Positions 26,413 to 35,625 of a DNA stretch of 39,631 nucleotides are shown piece after piece. Source of the stretch: an uncultured Methanosarcinales archaeon. GTDB lineage: Archaea; Nanobdellota; Nanobdellia; Woesearchaeales; B54-G15. Position 1 is the first letter of the stretch. Each line of letters starts with the position of its first letter. The translations under genes and the position numbers were made by a program. The notes beneath the pieces were generated by a model. The model ran no database searches and had not been told where the DNA came from. It saw only the letters and a program-made list of their open reading frames with translations. The DNA lies in assembly GCA_964519225.1 (NCBI GenBank), contig CAZFJK010000007.1:1-39631 (forward strand), read 5' to 3'.

Positions 26413-27255
26413 ATGCGAGAACCAATTGTATCTGGAATGTTCTATCAAGCTGATCCAGTTGAGCTAAGAGTAGAAATCGAACGCTGCTTCAAGAACAGCG
26501 AATTTGGTCCAGGATCATTACCAGACAAGACAAAAAAATCAAACATACTCGGCGCAATAATACCTCATGCAGGCTACCAGTTCAGCGGATCATGCGCAGC
26601 ATTTGCCTACAGAGAAATAGCTTCACTTGAAAAACCAGACATTTTTGTCATATTAGGAACAAACCACGTAACAGGAAGAGGAGCTTATACATTAAAAGAC
26701 GATTTCAAAACACCTCTCGGCATTGCTAAAACAGATAAGGAATTCATTTCAGCTCTAAACATACAAGAAAGCATTCCAATTCATGCACAAGAACACAGCA
26801 TCGAGGTTCAGCTTCCTTTTCTTCAATATCTTTTTGAAAACATAACTATTGCTCCAATAATCGTTGGAGTAGATGACTATAAATCTATTGCTGAAAAAAT
26901 CTTCAATACAGCAAAAACACAAAACAAACGAATCTTTCCGATAGCCTCTTCAGATTTCACCCATTATGGCATAACCTATGGCTATTTGCCTTTCACAGAA
27001 AACAGAAAAGAAAATCTTTACAAACTCGACAGAGAAGCAATATCATACATAGAAAAGCTTGATTCAGAGGCATTTCTCCTCTTCTGCAGAGAAAAACAGG
27101 CAACAATATGCGGCCAGTTCGCAATAGCAACAATAATCGAACTTTGCAAGCTACTTGGCGCAGAAAAAGCAGAACTCCTTAAATACTATACAAGCGGTGA
27201 CATAACAAAAGACTACAACAATGCAGTAGGCTATGCTTCAATCGTCTTCAAATAG
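26413..27255 (+). CDS. MEMO1 family / AmmeMemoRadiSam system protein B
   Basis: REP.VSGMFY, PHAGY.FSG, GTNH, EHSIEVQLPFLQ, ASSDFTHYG, TICG, VGYAS. Confidence 0.93.
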   Translation: MREPIVSGMFYQADPVELRVEIERCFKNSEFGPGSLPDKTKKSNILGAIIPHAGYQFSGSCAAFAYREIASLEKPDIFVILGTNHVTGRGAYTLKDDFKTPLGIAKTDKEFISALNIQESIPIHAQEHSIEVQLPFLQYLFENITIAPIIVGVDDYKSIAEKIFNTAKTQNKRIFPIASSDFTHYGITYGYLPFTENRKENLYKLDREAISYIEKLDSEAFLLFCREKQATICGQFAIATIIELCKLLGAEKAELLKYYTSGDITKDYNNAVGYASIVFK

Positions 27256-27593
27256 CTAACTAATCCCTCAATCTGTCTGAGCCTTGTCTTAAAAAGAAAA
27301 TTTCTATACCTATCATCAATCTTTACACCAAAATCTCTGAGCAATTTGCTTATTTTAGCATATAATTCTTTTCCTTTCTTATCCAAATCAAAAAGGATAA
27401 TGCACTCCTTTCCATAACCAACAATCTCTTCTGCAATCTCAAACATAGCCTTACCTTTCAAGGTTATAACAGCTTCAGGTTTAATCCCAAGCATAACCAA
27501 TGCTTCTTTATCCTTTTTTCCCTCAACAAGAATCAGCTTCTCCCTGCTATCTTTTTTAAGCGAACAAATCCATTCATCTAAATCTTTAAACAT
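27231..27593 (-). CDS. small TOPRIM-domain protein (RNase M5-like)
   Basis: ILVEGKKD..AL, ILFDLDKKG. Confidence 0.85.
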   Translation of the reverse strand: MFKDLDEWICSLKKDSREKLILVEGKKDKEALVMLGIKPEAVITLKGKAMFEIAEEIVGYGKECIILFDLDKKGKELYAKISKLLRDFGVKIDDRYRNFLFKTRLRQIEGLVSYLKTIEA

Positions 27594-27630
27594 CCAAAAG
27601 AAGAAAAAGAAAAAGGATTTAATTATTTTA

Positions 27631-30600
27631 CTACCTTCGCTTCTTTCCTAACACGAACAAAATCAAAACAAAAATCAATGCTATAATTCCAATAACAACA
27701 GCGATTACTGCTTTATTTATCGCTTTTTCTCTAGCCTCTTTCTTTTCTTCAGGCGTTATTACTTCCACAACCTCTTCTTCTTCCTCAGCTTTTTCTTGCT
27801 CTTTTTCTTCTGTTACTTTTTCTTCCTCACCTTCTTCAGCCTCAACACCCAATAAAGTAAATGTCATATAAGCCTTAACACTTTCAATCTTATGCAAAGT
27901 TATCTCTATGTCATCGGTTCCATCAGCATCAACATCAACCCTCTTTGTCTCATTTACATAAAGCTCAACACTGATCGGATCGCTTTCAATTATCAAAACA
28001 ACATGATCACTGAATACCTTATCTACTTTTGCTGTATGTTCCTTTCCTTTAATCTTAAACTTAACCTTTCCTCCTCTCTTTAAACCAACATATTTACTTG
28101 TCGCTCCTTCTCCCATACTATATTCAGTAATAGGAGCGCTTCCCCCACCACCACTTCTTCTACTACTAACAGAACAAGTTTGAGTTTCCGTTCTGTCTGC
28201 GCTGCACCCATTCAAATCTGTGCAAGTTCTTGTTTGCACACCGTCTTCACAATCACTCCAATCACTACAACTCCAGTTTTCAACACATTGCAGTTCAATC
28301 TGCAGCGGCAAGCTGATAATCGGCGAAAAGATACTGTATGTCAAATTCAGCACGACACCTTTGTTATTAGTCTTATTCACTTCAAATTTATATCTGTGAA
28401 TTGTGCTCGAATCACTCGAATTATAAAACGTCAGATTGTAATTGTTTTGAATCGTATTGTTCTCACCAAGCAAAGTCCATGTACTTCCACTTTCATTCCA
28501 CCAATATATTTTTACATACTTAAGTGTGCCTAATCCACTATCTTTTGTAGTATTAATTGTAATATTATGCAAGCTCTGCGCTATGGTCCAGTTTTTATTT
28601 GTAACATTAACTTCAAAACTGCAATTTGGCATACAAGTTATTGCATCACTTTCTGCTTCTGCAGTAACATTGCCTTTGGTTATCGAACTTACTAAAGAAC
28701 CAACACCGCTAAAGTGAGGAATCTTAAACCAAAGCATGCCATCGCTTGTGTTTACGTAGCAAAACGCATTTCCGTTTATGATGCTCATCTGATCTGTTGT
28801 GTTGCATGTATTCAGATTGAACATGCTGCTATTAAAGTCCGAATAATCATCGGGCAACTCTCCGCTTCCATTGTAGATCTCATTCCAGTTCTCTCCATAA
28901 AGTTTGTCAAGCTTAAACTTTATCGGCGCAGAAAAATCTACGCTTGGATCAAGCCTTACACCAACAATGACAAAGTTGTACACCTCTGGTCCCATGCTTC
29001 CAAAGCGCCACACAGCATCCAAACCAGTATCACTTGTTGTTTCATTCGGCTGGTCGTCGAATATAATATCAGGAGGTCCTGAAGCAAGCAAATCAACATC
29101 AACATAATGAACAACAATGCCATGTTGCTGATCTTCCATTCTCATACTCATTCTGCCTCCGCCGAAAACGAGTCGGAACGGGTTGAAGTGCGATGCGTTT
29201 TCTGCTGGTTTTAAACTGCAGCTTGCATTTGGATATGGTCTGTCGCAAAGACTCTCATTAACTTTGTAAAAAGCTATTTGAATAGGCCCACTAATTTGAT
29301 TTTCTTCAGGATCCTTTATTCCGAACTGATAGACTTTTACTGTGTAAGTATCATTCTGCACATTATCAAACTTCTTCTTTCTTGGTGCGCTTTCAGGAGC
29401 AAAAGCAAAAACACTCATATTTGCCCCTTCTGCAACAGGAAAACTAACAGTGCCAGTTTCTGTGTCATCCATAATTGAAAATGTGATATCACTATATTCA
29501 AATTCAACTTCTACGTGTATGTTGCTACCGTTCATCAAAGTACCAGTTTCATTTTCGAATTTAAAGGGAACAAATTTATTTAGGATATTCACTGTTTGGT
29601 TTGTAGTGTCTAATTCCCAGTTGGTAAGATTCCCTAAAGCAGGCATGACTGTAAAGTTTAATTCTCTCGGTGCGTCTGAATCTATTGTTATATTTTTGAA
29701 ATCTAAATAAATTTGATTTCCTTTCTGAGCAACAGCAATAAGCAGAATCTTTGTTCCCTGTGCAGTCCCAGGCAGAGTTATATTGTAAAAACCGTCGCTT
29801 GCATTGTAAAAATCACTTTCATTTCTCCAAGCGCTCATGTTCAATTCAAAAGGATGATCAAATGAAATCATATTTCCTGGTTCAAGTGAATAAGCAACAA
29901 CAGTTAGATTATCCCAGTTTTTGAAACCGCTGCTATTCTTTGCATATCCAGAAACCCATGCCCAATAAGGTGTCGCATTTATTTCTACTTTGATGTTCTT
30001 CGGCGAATCATAATCACTTATATTATTCAAATCATAATTCGTCGGCGGAACTCCAGCAGGAAAAACCTGAATTGAATAATTCCTGTGAGCAGGCAAATAA
30101 ACAACAGCATCTGTTTTTCCACCAGTCTCAACAGAAGAATCATTAAAATATTCTGCGATTGGATAACCTAATTTAGTATCCTTAATCTCATAGTAAAACT
30201 TAACATTATCTCCGCTACCATTTATTACAGTTATATTAACTTTCGCTGCTTCAAGAAGTGTAAAGTTGATACCAGTAAGATTTGCAAACTCCACACAAAA
30301 TAAATCAGGCACACTTGGCCCAACTAAATGCATAGCTCCTCCTTCTTTGTATATGCTAACTTTAAATGTTAAATCATCAGTTGCAGGACTCACGCTGATG
30401 TTAAAAAATCCGCTACTATTAGTTAAATTACTTAACGCAGTTACTTCAGTATGATTCGCACTCATATTATAAATCGTTATTGTAATATTCGCATTGCCTA
30501 CTCCACTTCCATTTTCTAATTTTGCATATCCGTAGAAGTTAAATGGTTGACATTGTTGTTGTGGTTGTCCAAACACACAGATGCACATACTGAAGAATAT

Positions 30601-30636
30601 AAGCAAACCAGCAAATACTATCCAAACTCGTCTCAT
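27631..30636 (-). CDS. large cell-surface (S-layer-like) glycoprotein
   Basis: SD GGGGTGG then a signal peptide; very many N-x-S/T sequons; PHFS motif; TSP1-like CVENWSCSDWSDC...TRTCTD; Gly linker; acidic stalk; C-terminal TM plus KKRR. Confidence 0.85.
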   Translation of the reverse strand: MRRVWIVFAGLLIFFSMCICVFGQPQQQCQPFNFYGYAKLENGSGVGNANITITIYNMSANHTEVTALSNLTNSSGFFNISVSPATDDLTFKVSIYKEGGAMHLVGPSVPDLFCVEFANLTGINFTLLEAAKVNITVINGSGDNVKFYYEIKDTKLGYPIAEYFNDSSVETGGKTDAVVYLPAHRNYSIQVFPAGVPPTNYDLNNISDYDSPKNIKVEINATPYWAWVSGYAKNSSGFKNWDNLTVVAYSLEPGNMISFDHPFELNMSAWRNESDFYNASDGFYNITLPGTAQGTKILLIAVAQKGNQIYLDFKNITIDSDAPRELNFTVMPALGNLTNWELDTTNQTVNILNKFVPFKFENETGTLMNGSNIHVEVEFEYSDITFSIMDDTETGTVSFPVAEGANMSVFAFAPESAPRKKKFDNVQNDTYTVKVYQFGIKDPEENQISGPIQIAFYKVNESLCDRPYPNASCSLKPAENASHFNPFRLVFGGGRMSMRMEDQQHGIVVHYVDVDLLASGPPDIIFDDQPNETTSDTGLDAVWRFGSMGPEVYNFVIVGVRLDPSVDFSAPIKFKLDKLYGENWNEIYNGSGELPDDYSDFNSSMFNLNTCNTTDQMSIINGNAFCYVNTSDGMLWFKIPHFSGVGSLVSSITKGNVTAEAESDAITCMPNCSFEVNVTNKNWTIAQSLHNITINTTKDSGLGTLKYVKIYWWNESGSTWTLLGENNTIQNNYNLTFYNSSDSSTIHRYKFEVNKTNNKGVVLNLTYSIFSPIISLPLQIELQCVENWSCSDWSDCEDGVQTRTCTDLNGCSADRTETQTCSVSSRRSGGGGSAPITEYSMGEGATSKYVGLKRGGKVKFKIKGKEHTAKVDKVFSDHVVLIIESDPISVELYVNETKRVDVDADGTDDIEITLHKIESVKAYMTFTLLGVEAEEGEEEKVTEEKEQEKAEEEEEVVEVITPEEKKEAREKAINKAVIAVVIGIIALIFVLILFVLGKKRR

Positions 30637-30751
30637 AAAAACCACCCCTTTCAAAGAAAAAGAAAAAAATCCATTTATAATACTTCCTTGTCTCCCAATA
30701 GTAGGAAACAAAAAACCAGACAACTTTTAAATATACAAACATCTTTAACAT

Positions 30752-30787
30752 AAAACTAGTAAGAAAAAGCAAAACTTGTAAGAAAAA
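30752..30787 (+). repeat. 17-nt direct repeat in the ppsA leader
   Basis: AAAACTAGTAAGAAAAA (30752-30768) and AAAACTTGTAAGAAAAA (30771-30787). Confidence 0.6.
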
Positions 30788-30799
30788 AGAGGTGCTTAA

Positions 30800-33139
30800 A
30801 TGCAATCCAATAACGTAAAATTCATTGCATGGCTTAAAGAGCTCTCAAAAGAAAGCATTTCAGTTGCTGGCGGAAAAGGAGCAAATCTCGCAGAAATGTT
30901 CAATGCAGAATTCCCAATACCTCCTGCATTCATCGTCACAGCCCAATGCTACCGTTACTTCATTGAAAAAACAGGAATAAAAGAAAAAATCTTCTCATTG
31001 CTCAAAGACCTTAATGTAGAAGATACAGATAAACTTCAAGCTGTTGCAAAACAAATCCAGCAATTGATAGAATCAACTCCAGTGCCTGATGAAATAAAAG
31101 AAGCAATAAAAGAAGCCTATGAAACAGTCTGCATTCCAAAAAGAACAAAAGAAGCTCAGCATCTAATCAAACCACCGCAATGCTTTGTTGCAGTAAGAAG
31201 TTCAGCAACAGCTGAGGACCGACCAGAAGCGTCGTTTGCAGGCCAGCAAGCAACTTTTCTCAATATTTTTGGACCAGATGCTTTAATCAACGCTGTCAGA
31301 AAATGCTGGGCATCCCTCTTCACAGCAAGAGCAATCTACTACCGCACAAAAAACAAATTCTCTCATGAAAAGGTTTTAATTGCAGTTGTTGTTCAGAGAA
31401 TGGTCCAATCAGACAAATCAGGCGTTGCTTTCTCAATCAATCCGGCAACAAACAATCCCAATGAAATCGTAATCGAAGCAGCTTTTGGCTTAGGTGAAGC
31501 AGTAGTCAGCGGAAGAGTCACTCCAGACCTTTACATAGTCGATAAACAAACACTTAAAATAAAGAAAATCGAAATACACGAACAAAAAATAAAAATCGTA
31601 TACGATCCAGAAAAAAAACAAAACGTTGAAAAAACATTAACACCAGAAGAAGAAAAACAGCAAGTTCTCACAGACAAAGAAATCGTTGAACTTGCAAGAA
31701 TCGTAAGAAAAATAGAGCAGCATTATGGCTATGCACAGGACATAGAATGGGCAATAGAAAAAGGAGACATCTACATTGTTCAAAGCAGGCCAGTAACAAC
31801 ATTCAAACCAAAAAAAGCTGAACGCCCAATCGAAGCAGCACCAGAAGGAGAAATAATCCTCAAAGGCGAAACAGCTTCTTCTGGCATAGCAACAGGACCA
31901 GTAAAAATAGTTCTTTCAATGCAGGACCTCGACAAAGTTCAAAAAGGCGACATTCTCGTTACAACAATGACAACACCAGACATGGTTCCTGCAATGCAAC
32001 GAGCTGCAGCTATTATCACTGATGAAGGAGGCCTGACGTCGCACGCGGCAATAGTAAGCAGAGAAATGGGAACGCCTTGCATAGTTGGAACAGAAAACGC
32101 TACAAAACTGCTTAAAGACGGTGAAATCGTTACAGTAGATGCAACCCACGGCGTTGTCTACAAAGGCAAAGTCGAAATCGCACCAACGCCAAAAGCTCTT
32201 CCACCAGCCGCTGCTCCAAAAATCATCACAGCCACGCAAATCAAAGTAATCTGCGACCTGCCTGAAATGGCAGAAAAAGCAGCACAAACAGGCGCTGATG
32301 GCGTTGGCCTTGTTCGAATAGAACTCGCTATCGTTAAAGGCGGCATCCATCCAGCACAGTATATCCGCGAAGGAAGAAAAGAAGATTACATAAAACTTCT
32401 GATGGATTGCCTGCGAGGAATAGCAAAAGCATTCAAAGATAAACCTGTTTGGGTAAGAACCTCTGATATGCGCACAGATGAATATCGCAGCCTAAAAGGC
32501 GGCGAACTCGAACCAAAAGAAACAGATCCAATGATAGGATGGCATGGCATAAGGCGTGCTCTAGATGAACCAGAAATCCTTGAAGCAGAACTCGAAGCAA
32601 TAAAACGTTTACACGATGAGGGCTATAAAAATATCGGCGTTATGATTCCATTTGTAACACGCTTAAGAGAAGTCCGCTTTGCAAAGCAAATGCTGAGAAA
32701 GCTTGGCTTAGAACCGTGTAAAGACATAGAATTCGGCGTCATGATAGAAACACCAGCATCCTGCTTTATAATCGAAGACATCTGCAAAGAAGGAATCAAC
32801 TTTATTTCATTTGGCACAAACGATCTAACACAGCTTACTCTTGGTATTGATCGCAACAATGAACGCATAGCAAAGCTTTTCGATGAACTGCATCCTGCCG
32901 TACTTAAAGAAATCGAAATGGTCATCAGAACATGCCAGCGTTATGGCGTTAAAACAAGCATCTGCGGTCAAGCAGGCTCAAAGCCTGAGATGGCAAAATT
33001 CCTCGTAAAGCTCGGAATAGATAGCATTTCTGTAAACATAGATGCTGTTCAGCAAATAAGAGAAGTCGTCGCAAGAACAGAAAAACAACTTCTTCTTGAA
33101 TTAGAAAGAAGGAAAGGCAGAAAAGAAGCCTTACTTTGA
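30800..33139 (+). CDS. ppsA: phosphoenolpyruvate synthase (pyruvate, water dikinase)
   Basis: GGKGANL, AVRSSATAED, GLGEAVVSG, DIEWA, GGLTSHAAIVSRE (phospho-His), SFGTNDLTQ, SICGQ; SD GAGGTG. Confidence 0.96.
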   Translation: MQSNNVKFIAWLKELSKESISVAGGKGANLAEMFNAEFPIPPAFIVTAQCYRYFIEKTGIKEKIFSLLKDLNVEDTDKLQAVAKQIQQLIESTPVPDEIKEAIKEAYETVCIPKRTKEAQHLIKPPQCFVAVRSSATAEDRPEASFAGQQATFLNIFGPDALINAVRKCWASLFTARAIYYRTKNKFSHEKVLIAVVVQRMVQSDKSGVAFSINPATNNPNEIVIEAAFGLGEAVVSGRVTPDLYIVDKQTLKIKKIEIHEQKIKIVYDPEKKQNVEKTLTPEEEKQQVLTDKEIVELARIVRKIEQHYGYAQDIEWAIEKGDIYIVQSRPVTTFKPKKAERPIEAAPEGEIILKGETASSGIATGPVKIVLSMQDLDKVQKGDILVTTMTTPDMVPAMQRAAAIITDEGGLTSHAAIVSREMGTPCIVGTENATKLLKDGEIVTVDATHGVVYKGKVEIAPTPKALPPAAAPKIITATQIKVICDLPEMAEKAAQTGADGVGLVRIELAIVKGGIHPAQYIREGRKEDYIKLLMDCLRGIAKAFKDKPVWVRTSDMRTDEYRSLKGGELEPKETDPMIGWHGIRRALDEPEILEAELEAIKRLHDEGYKNIGVMIPFVTRLREVRFAKQMLRKLGLEPCKDIEFGVMIETPASCFIIEDICKEGINFISFGTNDLTQLTLGIDRNNERIAKLFDELHPAVLKEIEMVIRTCQRYGVKTSICGQAGSKPEMAKFLVKLGIDSISVNIDAVQQIREVVARTEKQLLLELERRKGRKEALL

Positions 33140-34453
33140 TATGCAACGTCCGCAAGGCTCTCTCTCAGGACACCTTCCGTAGATAATCCCTTGCGGTTCT
33201 GTAAACTTTCCTAATTCAGGACATCTTCTCTTTATTTCATTAGCAATCTCTGTTGCAACATCCCTGATTTCCCACTGAGCTTTTGTGCATGTTCTTTTGC
33301 CTATAGAATGTATGGCATTCCAACCATTAACATGGATTAAATCCCATACCATCAATGCATGAGAAACGATTCCAATAGCCTCCTGAGAAGGCACTCCCTC
33401 TTTTACTAATTTAGAATATAATTCCCGAAGTTGTTCATTGAAAGTTTGATATGTTTCATTAAACTTTGATCTTTCTATCGATGGCGGCATCTTGAATTCT
33501 CCTCTTTCAATCGCATCGTAAATACTTTCTACACTTTGATCCCATGTTCTTTGTCTTATTGCCTGATGCCAGCATGCCAAACTCATCTTAGCTAAAAACG
33601 TAAAGTGCAGATGTTTCAGCATAGCCAAACCAGCTTCATCCCTTTCTTTTATTATCCTTTCAAGATTATCTAAAGGTATGGAATCATAACAACCGTCGAT
33701 GAAAGCAACCAAATTCTTTTTATCGCATCTCTCAATTAAATTTTTCATCGATTGGTTGCTCTGTGCAAATAGTTGAGCAGAAGGATACCATGCAAGCACC
33801 TCATAGTTCGTTTCTCTTTTCTTCATCAATCTTGGAGCTACTTCTTTTGCTCTTTCGATCATCTTTTCAACAACATACCTTATCACAGACGGCAATTCTG
33901 GTTTTCTGCTCATATGATGAAGGTGCATCAACTCTCTCGCATCGCCAAGCGTTTGAATATTTGTTCTTGTATATAATGGCAGAACGTATCTTGCATCCTC
34001 TGCCGGAATTCCGTTCTCGCGCATTTCATCATAAAACCTGAAAGCATCATTTAACAGTTCTTTCACTTCTTCGCTGTATTTAGAATTTCTTATTTCTTCT
34101 GGAAGGTAAAATCCTCTGTCTGCAGTCGCCCGTCTAAGGGATTGTTGAAGATGAGCTAAATACTGCGGCTGGCATAAGTGCAAAGTTGCTATTCTCGGTA
34201 TATCTTTTATTACAAAAATAAACGTGTTTTGATCGAGCACACTGCCGTGACCCCTTCCAGAAGTCTCTGCCAGTATCCTTTCAATCTTTTTTGTTCTTTT
34301 TTCTCGGCTTAATTCAGCATCATTAACAAATAATTCAAGAGAAGTTGGTTGTTCAAAGCAGCCCAAAGCGCCGTAAACGCTTAATTCCTCTGGTCCCGCA
34401 CCCCTTCCCTTAGTATAGGCAAATAATTCTATTTTAGGTAAACGATCATACAT
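33131..34453 (-). CDS. thyX: FAD-dependent thymidylate synthase, tandem-domain type
   Basis: GHGSVLD, QQSLRR, GIPAEDARYVLP, second domain HQAIRQRT, KRTC..AQWEIR. Confidence 0.85.
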   Translation of the reverse strand: MYDRLPKIELFAYTKGRGAGPEELSVYGALGCFEQPTSLELFVNDAELSREKRTKKIERILAETSGRGHGSVLDQNTFIFVIKDIPRIATLHLCQPQYLAHLQQSLRRATADRGFYLPEEIRNSKYSEEVKELLNDAFRFYDEMRENGIPAEDARYVLPLYTRTNIQTLGDARELMHLHHMSRKPELPSVIRYVVEKMIERAKEVAPRLMKKRETNYEVLAWYPSAQLFAQSNQSMKNLIERCDKKNLVAFIDGCYDSIPLDNLERIIKERDEAGLAMLKHLHFTFLAKMSLACWHQAIRQRTWDQSVESIYDAIERGEFKMPPSIERSKFNETYQTFNEQLRELYSKLVKEGVPSQEAIGIVSHALMVWDLIHVNGWNAIHSIGKRTCTKAQWEIRDVATEIANEIKRRCPELGKFTEPQGIIYGRCPEREPCGRCISK

Positions 34454-34563
34454 TGTTCTAAAATCCGTTTATTTTCTCTTTTTATTTTTTGTTGTTTTAT
34501 AGGATAATGTTCTTGCGAGTTTTTTCGTAAATTTAATAAACATTCTCTTCCAGGAAAAATCCA

Positions 34564-35307
34564 ATGACATCGCTTCAAGAAAAAGAACAAATTCTTCAAA
34601 GCATAGGTTTTACAAAAAACGAAGCAAAGATCTATTTAGCTTTACTCGAGCTTGGTACAGCAACAGCAACAATAATAGCTAAGAAAACAAAAATCCACAG
34701 AGCAAACGTCTATGACGCACTCCAGAACCTAATCCAGAAAGGATTGGTTGGCTATGAAACAAAGAACAAAACTAAACAATTCCACGCTACTGATCCAGAA
34801 AATCTAAAGCTCCTTCTTCAGCTTCAGGAAAAGCGCCTTGAAAAAATTATTCCAGAATTAAAACTAGCAGCAGAACTGTCAAAGGCCAAGGCAGGAGAAT
34901 CTTTTGTTTATGAAGGCATAAAACCATTCATCAGCATTCTTCATAACTTCCTCAAGTACAAAGAGCCAATTCTTGTTTACGGCATCCCTAAAACAGCACC
35001 ACAAATGCTCAGAACATACATCCCACATTTCCACAAGAAAAGAATAGCATTGAAGATTCCCATGTATCACATCTATAATTATGATGCTATAGATCGTATA
35101 AAGTATCTTAACTCCCTTCCGTATACAGAAGCAGGCTATATCGAAGAAAAAATAAAATCTTCTGTATCAACAAATATTTGCGGCCCGGAGGTTGTGCTTG
35201 CTGTTTGGCGGCGCCCTCCTCTTATAGTTCAAATCATAAGTCCACAGGTAGCGGAGTCCTACAAAGAATATTTTCATTTCCTCTGGCAGCACATTAAAAA
35301 AGAATAA
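34564..35307 (+). CDS. TrmB-family transcriptional regulator
   Basis: GFTKNEAKIYLALL, wHTH IHRANVYDAL..KGLV, C-terminal AESYKEYFHFLW. Confidence 0.9.
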   Translation: MTSLQEKEQILQSIGFTKNEAKIYLALLELGTATATIIAKKTKIHRANVYDALQNLIQKGLVGYETKNKTKQFHATDPENLKLLLQLQEKRLEKIIPELKLAAELSKAKAGESFVYEGIKPFISILHNFLKYKEPILVYGIPKTAPQMLRTYIPHFHKKRIALKIPMYHIYNYDAIDRIKYLNSLPYTEAGYIEEKIKSSVSTNICGPEVVLAVWRRPPLIVQIISPQVAESYKEYFHFLWQHIKKE

Positions 35308-35347
35308 CAAAAACCTTTTAATACCGTTCTTCAATTAATTCTTTTGA

Positions 35348-35620
35348 GGGGGCTAGGCTGGGTGGCTAGCCGTCACCTGTAACCGCAAATCGGCTTTACG
35401 GCGGAGCCGAAGCTGGGAAGGCGGCATGTTTCAGCAGTATGAGAGCCCTCTATCCCGACTATGAATTCCTGTCCCACAGGGCGGTTCCTGCTGTGAACCG
35501 GGTCAGGCCCGGAAGGGAGCAGCCCTAAGCAGCAGGCGATCGTGCTTGTGGGGTTACAGGAACAAGAAAGGATAGAGCAAGCCCTCTGCTGCTGGCATGT
35601 CCACTTCTCAGCACGCCCCC
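35348..35620 (+). ncRNA. ffs: archaeal SRP (7S) RNA
   Basis: Helix 8 GGGUCAGGCCCGGAAGGGAGCAGCCC (35500-35525), Alu-domain UGUAA motif, terminal GGGGGC/GCCCCC pairing, GC-rich island with an upstream TTTTAATA box. Confidence 0.95.
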
Positions 35621-35625
35621 TCACT

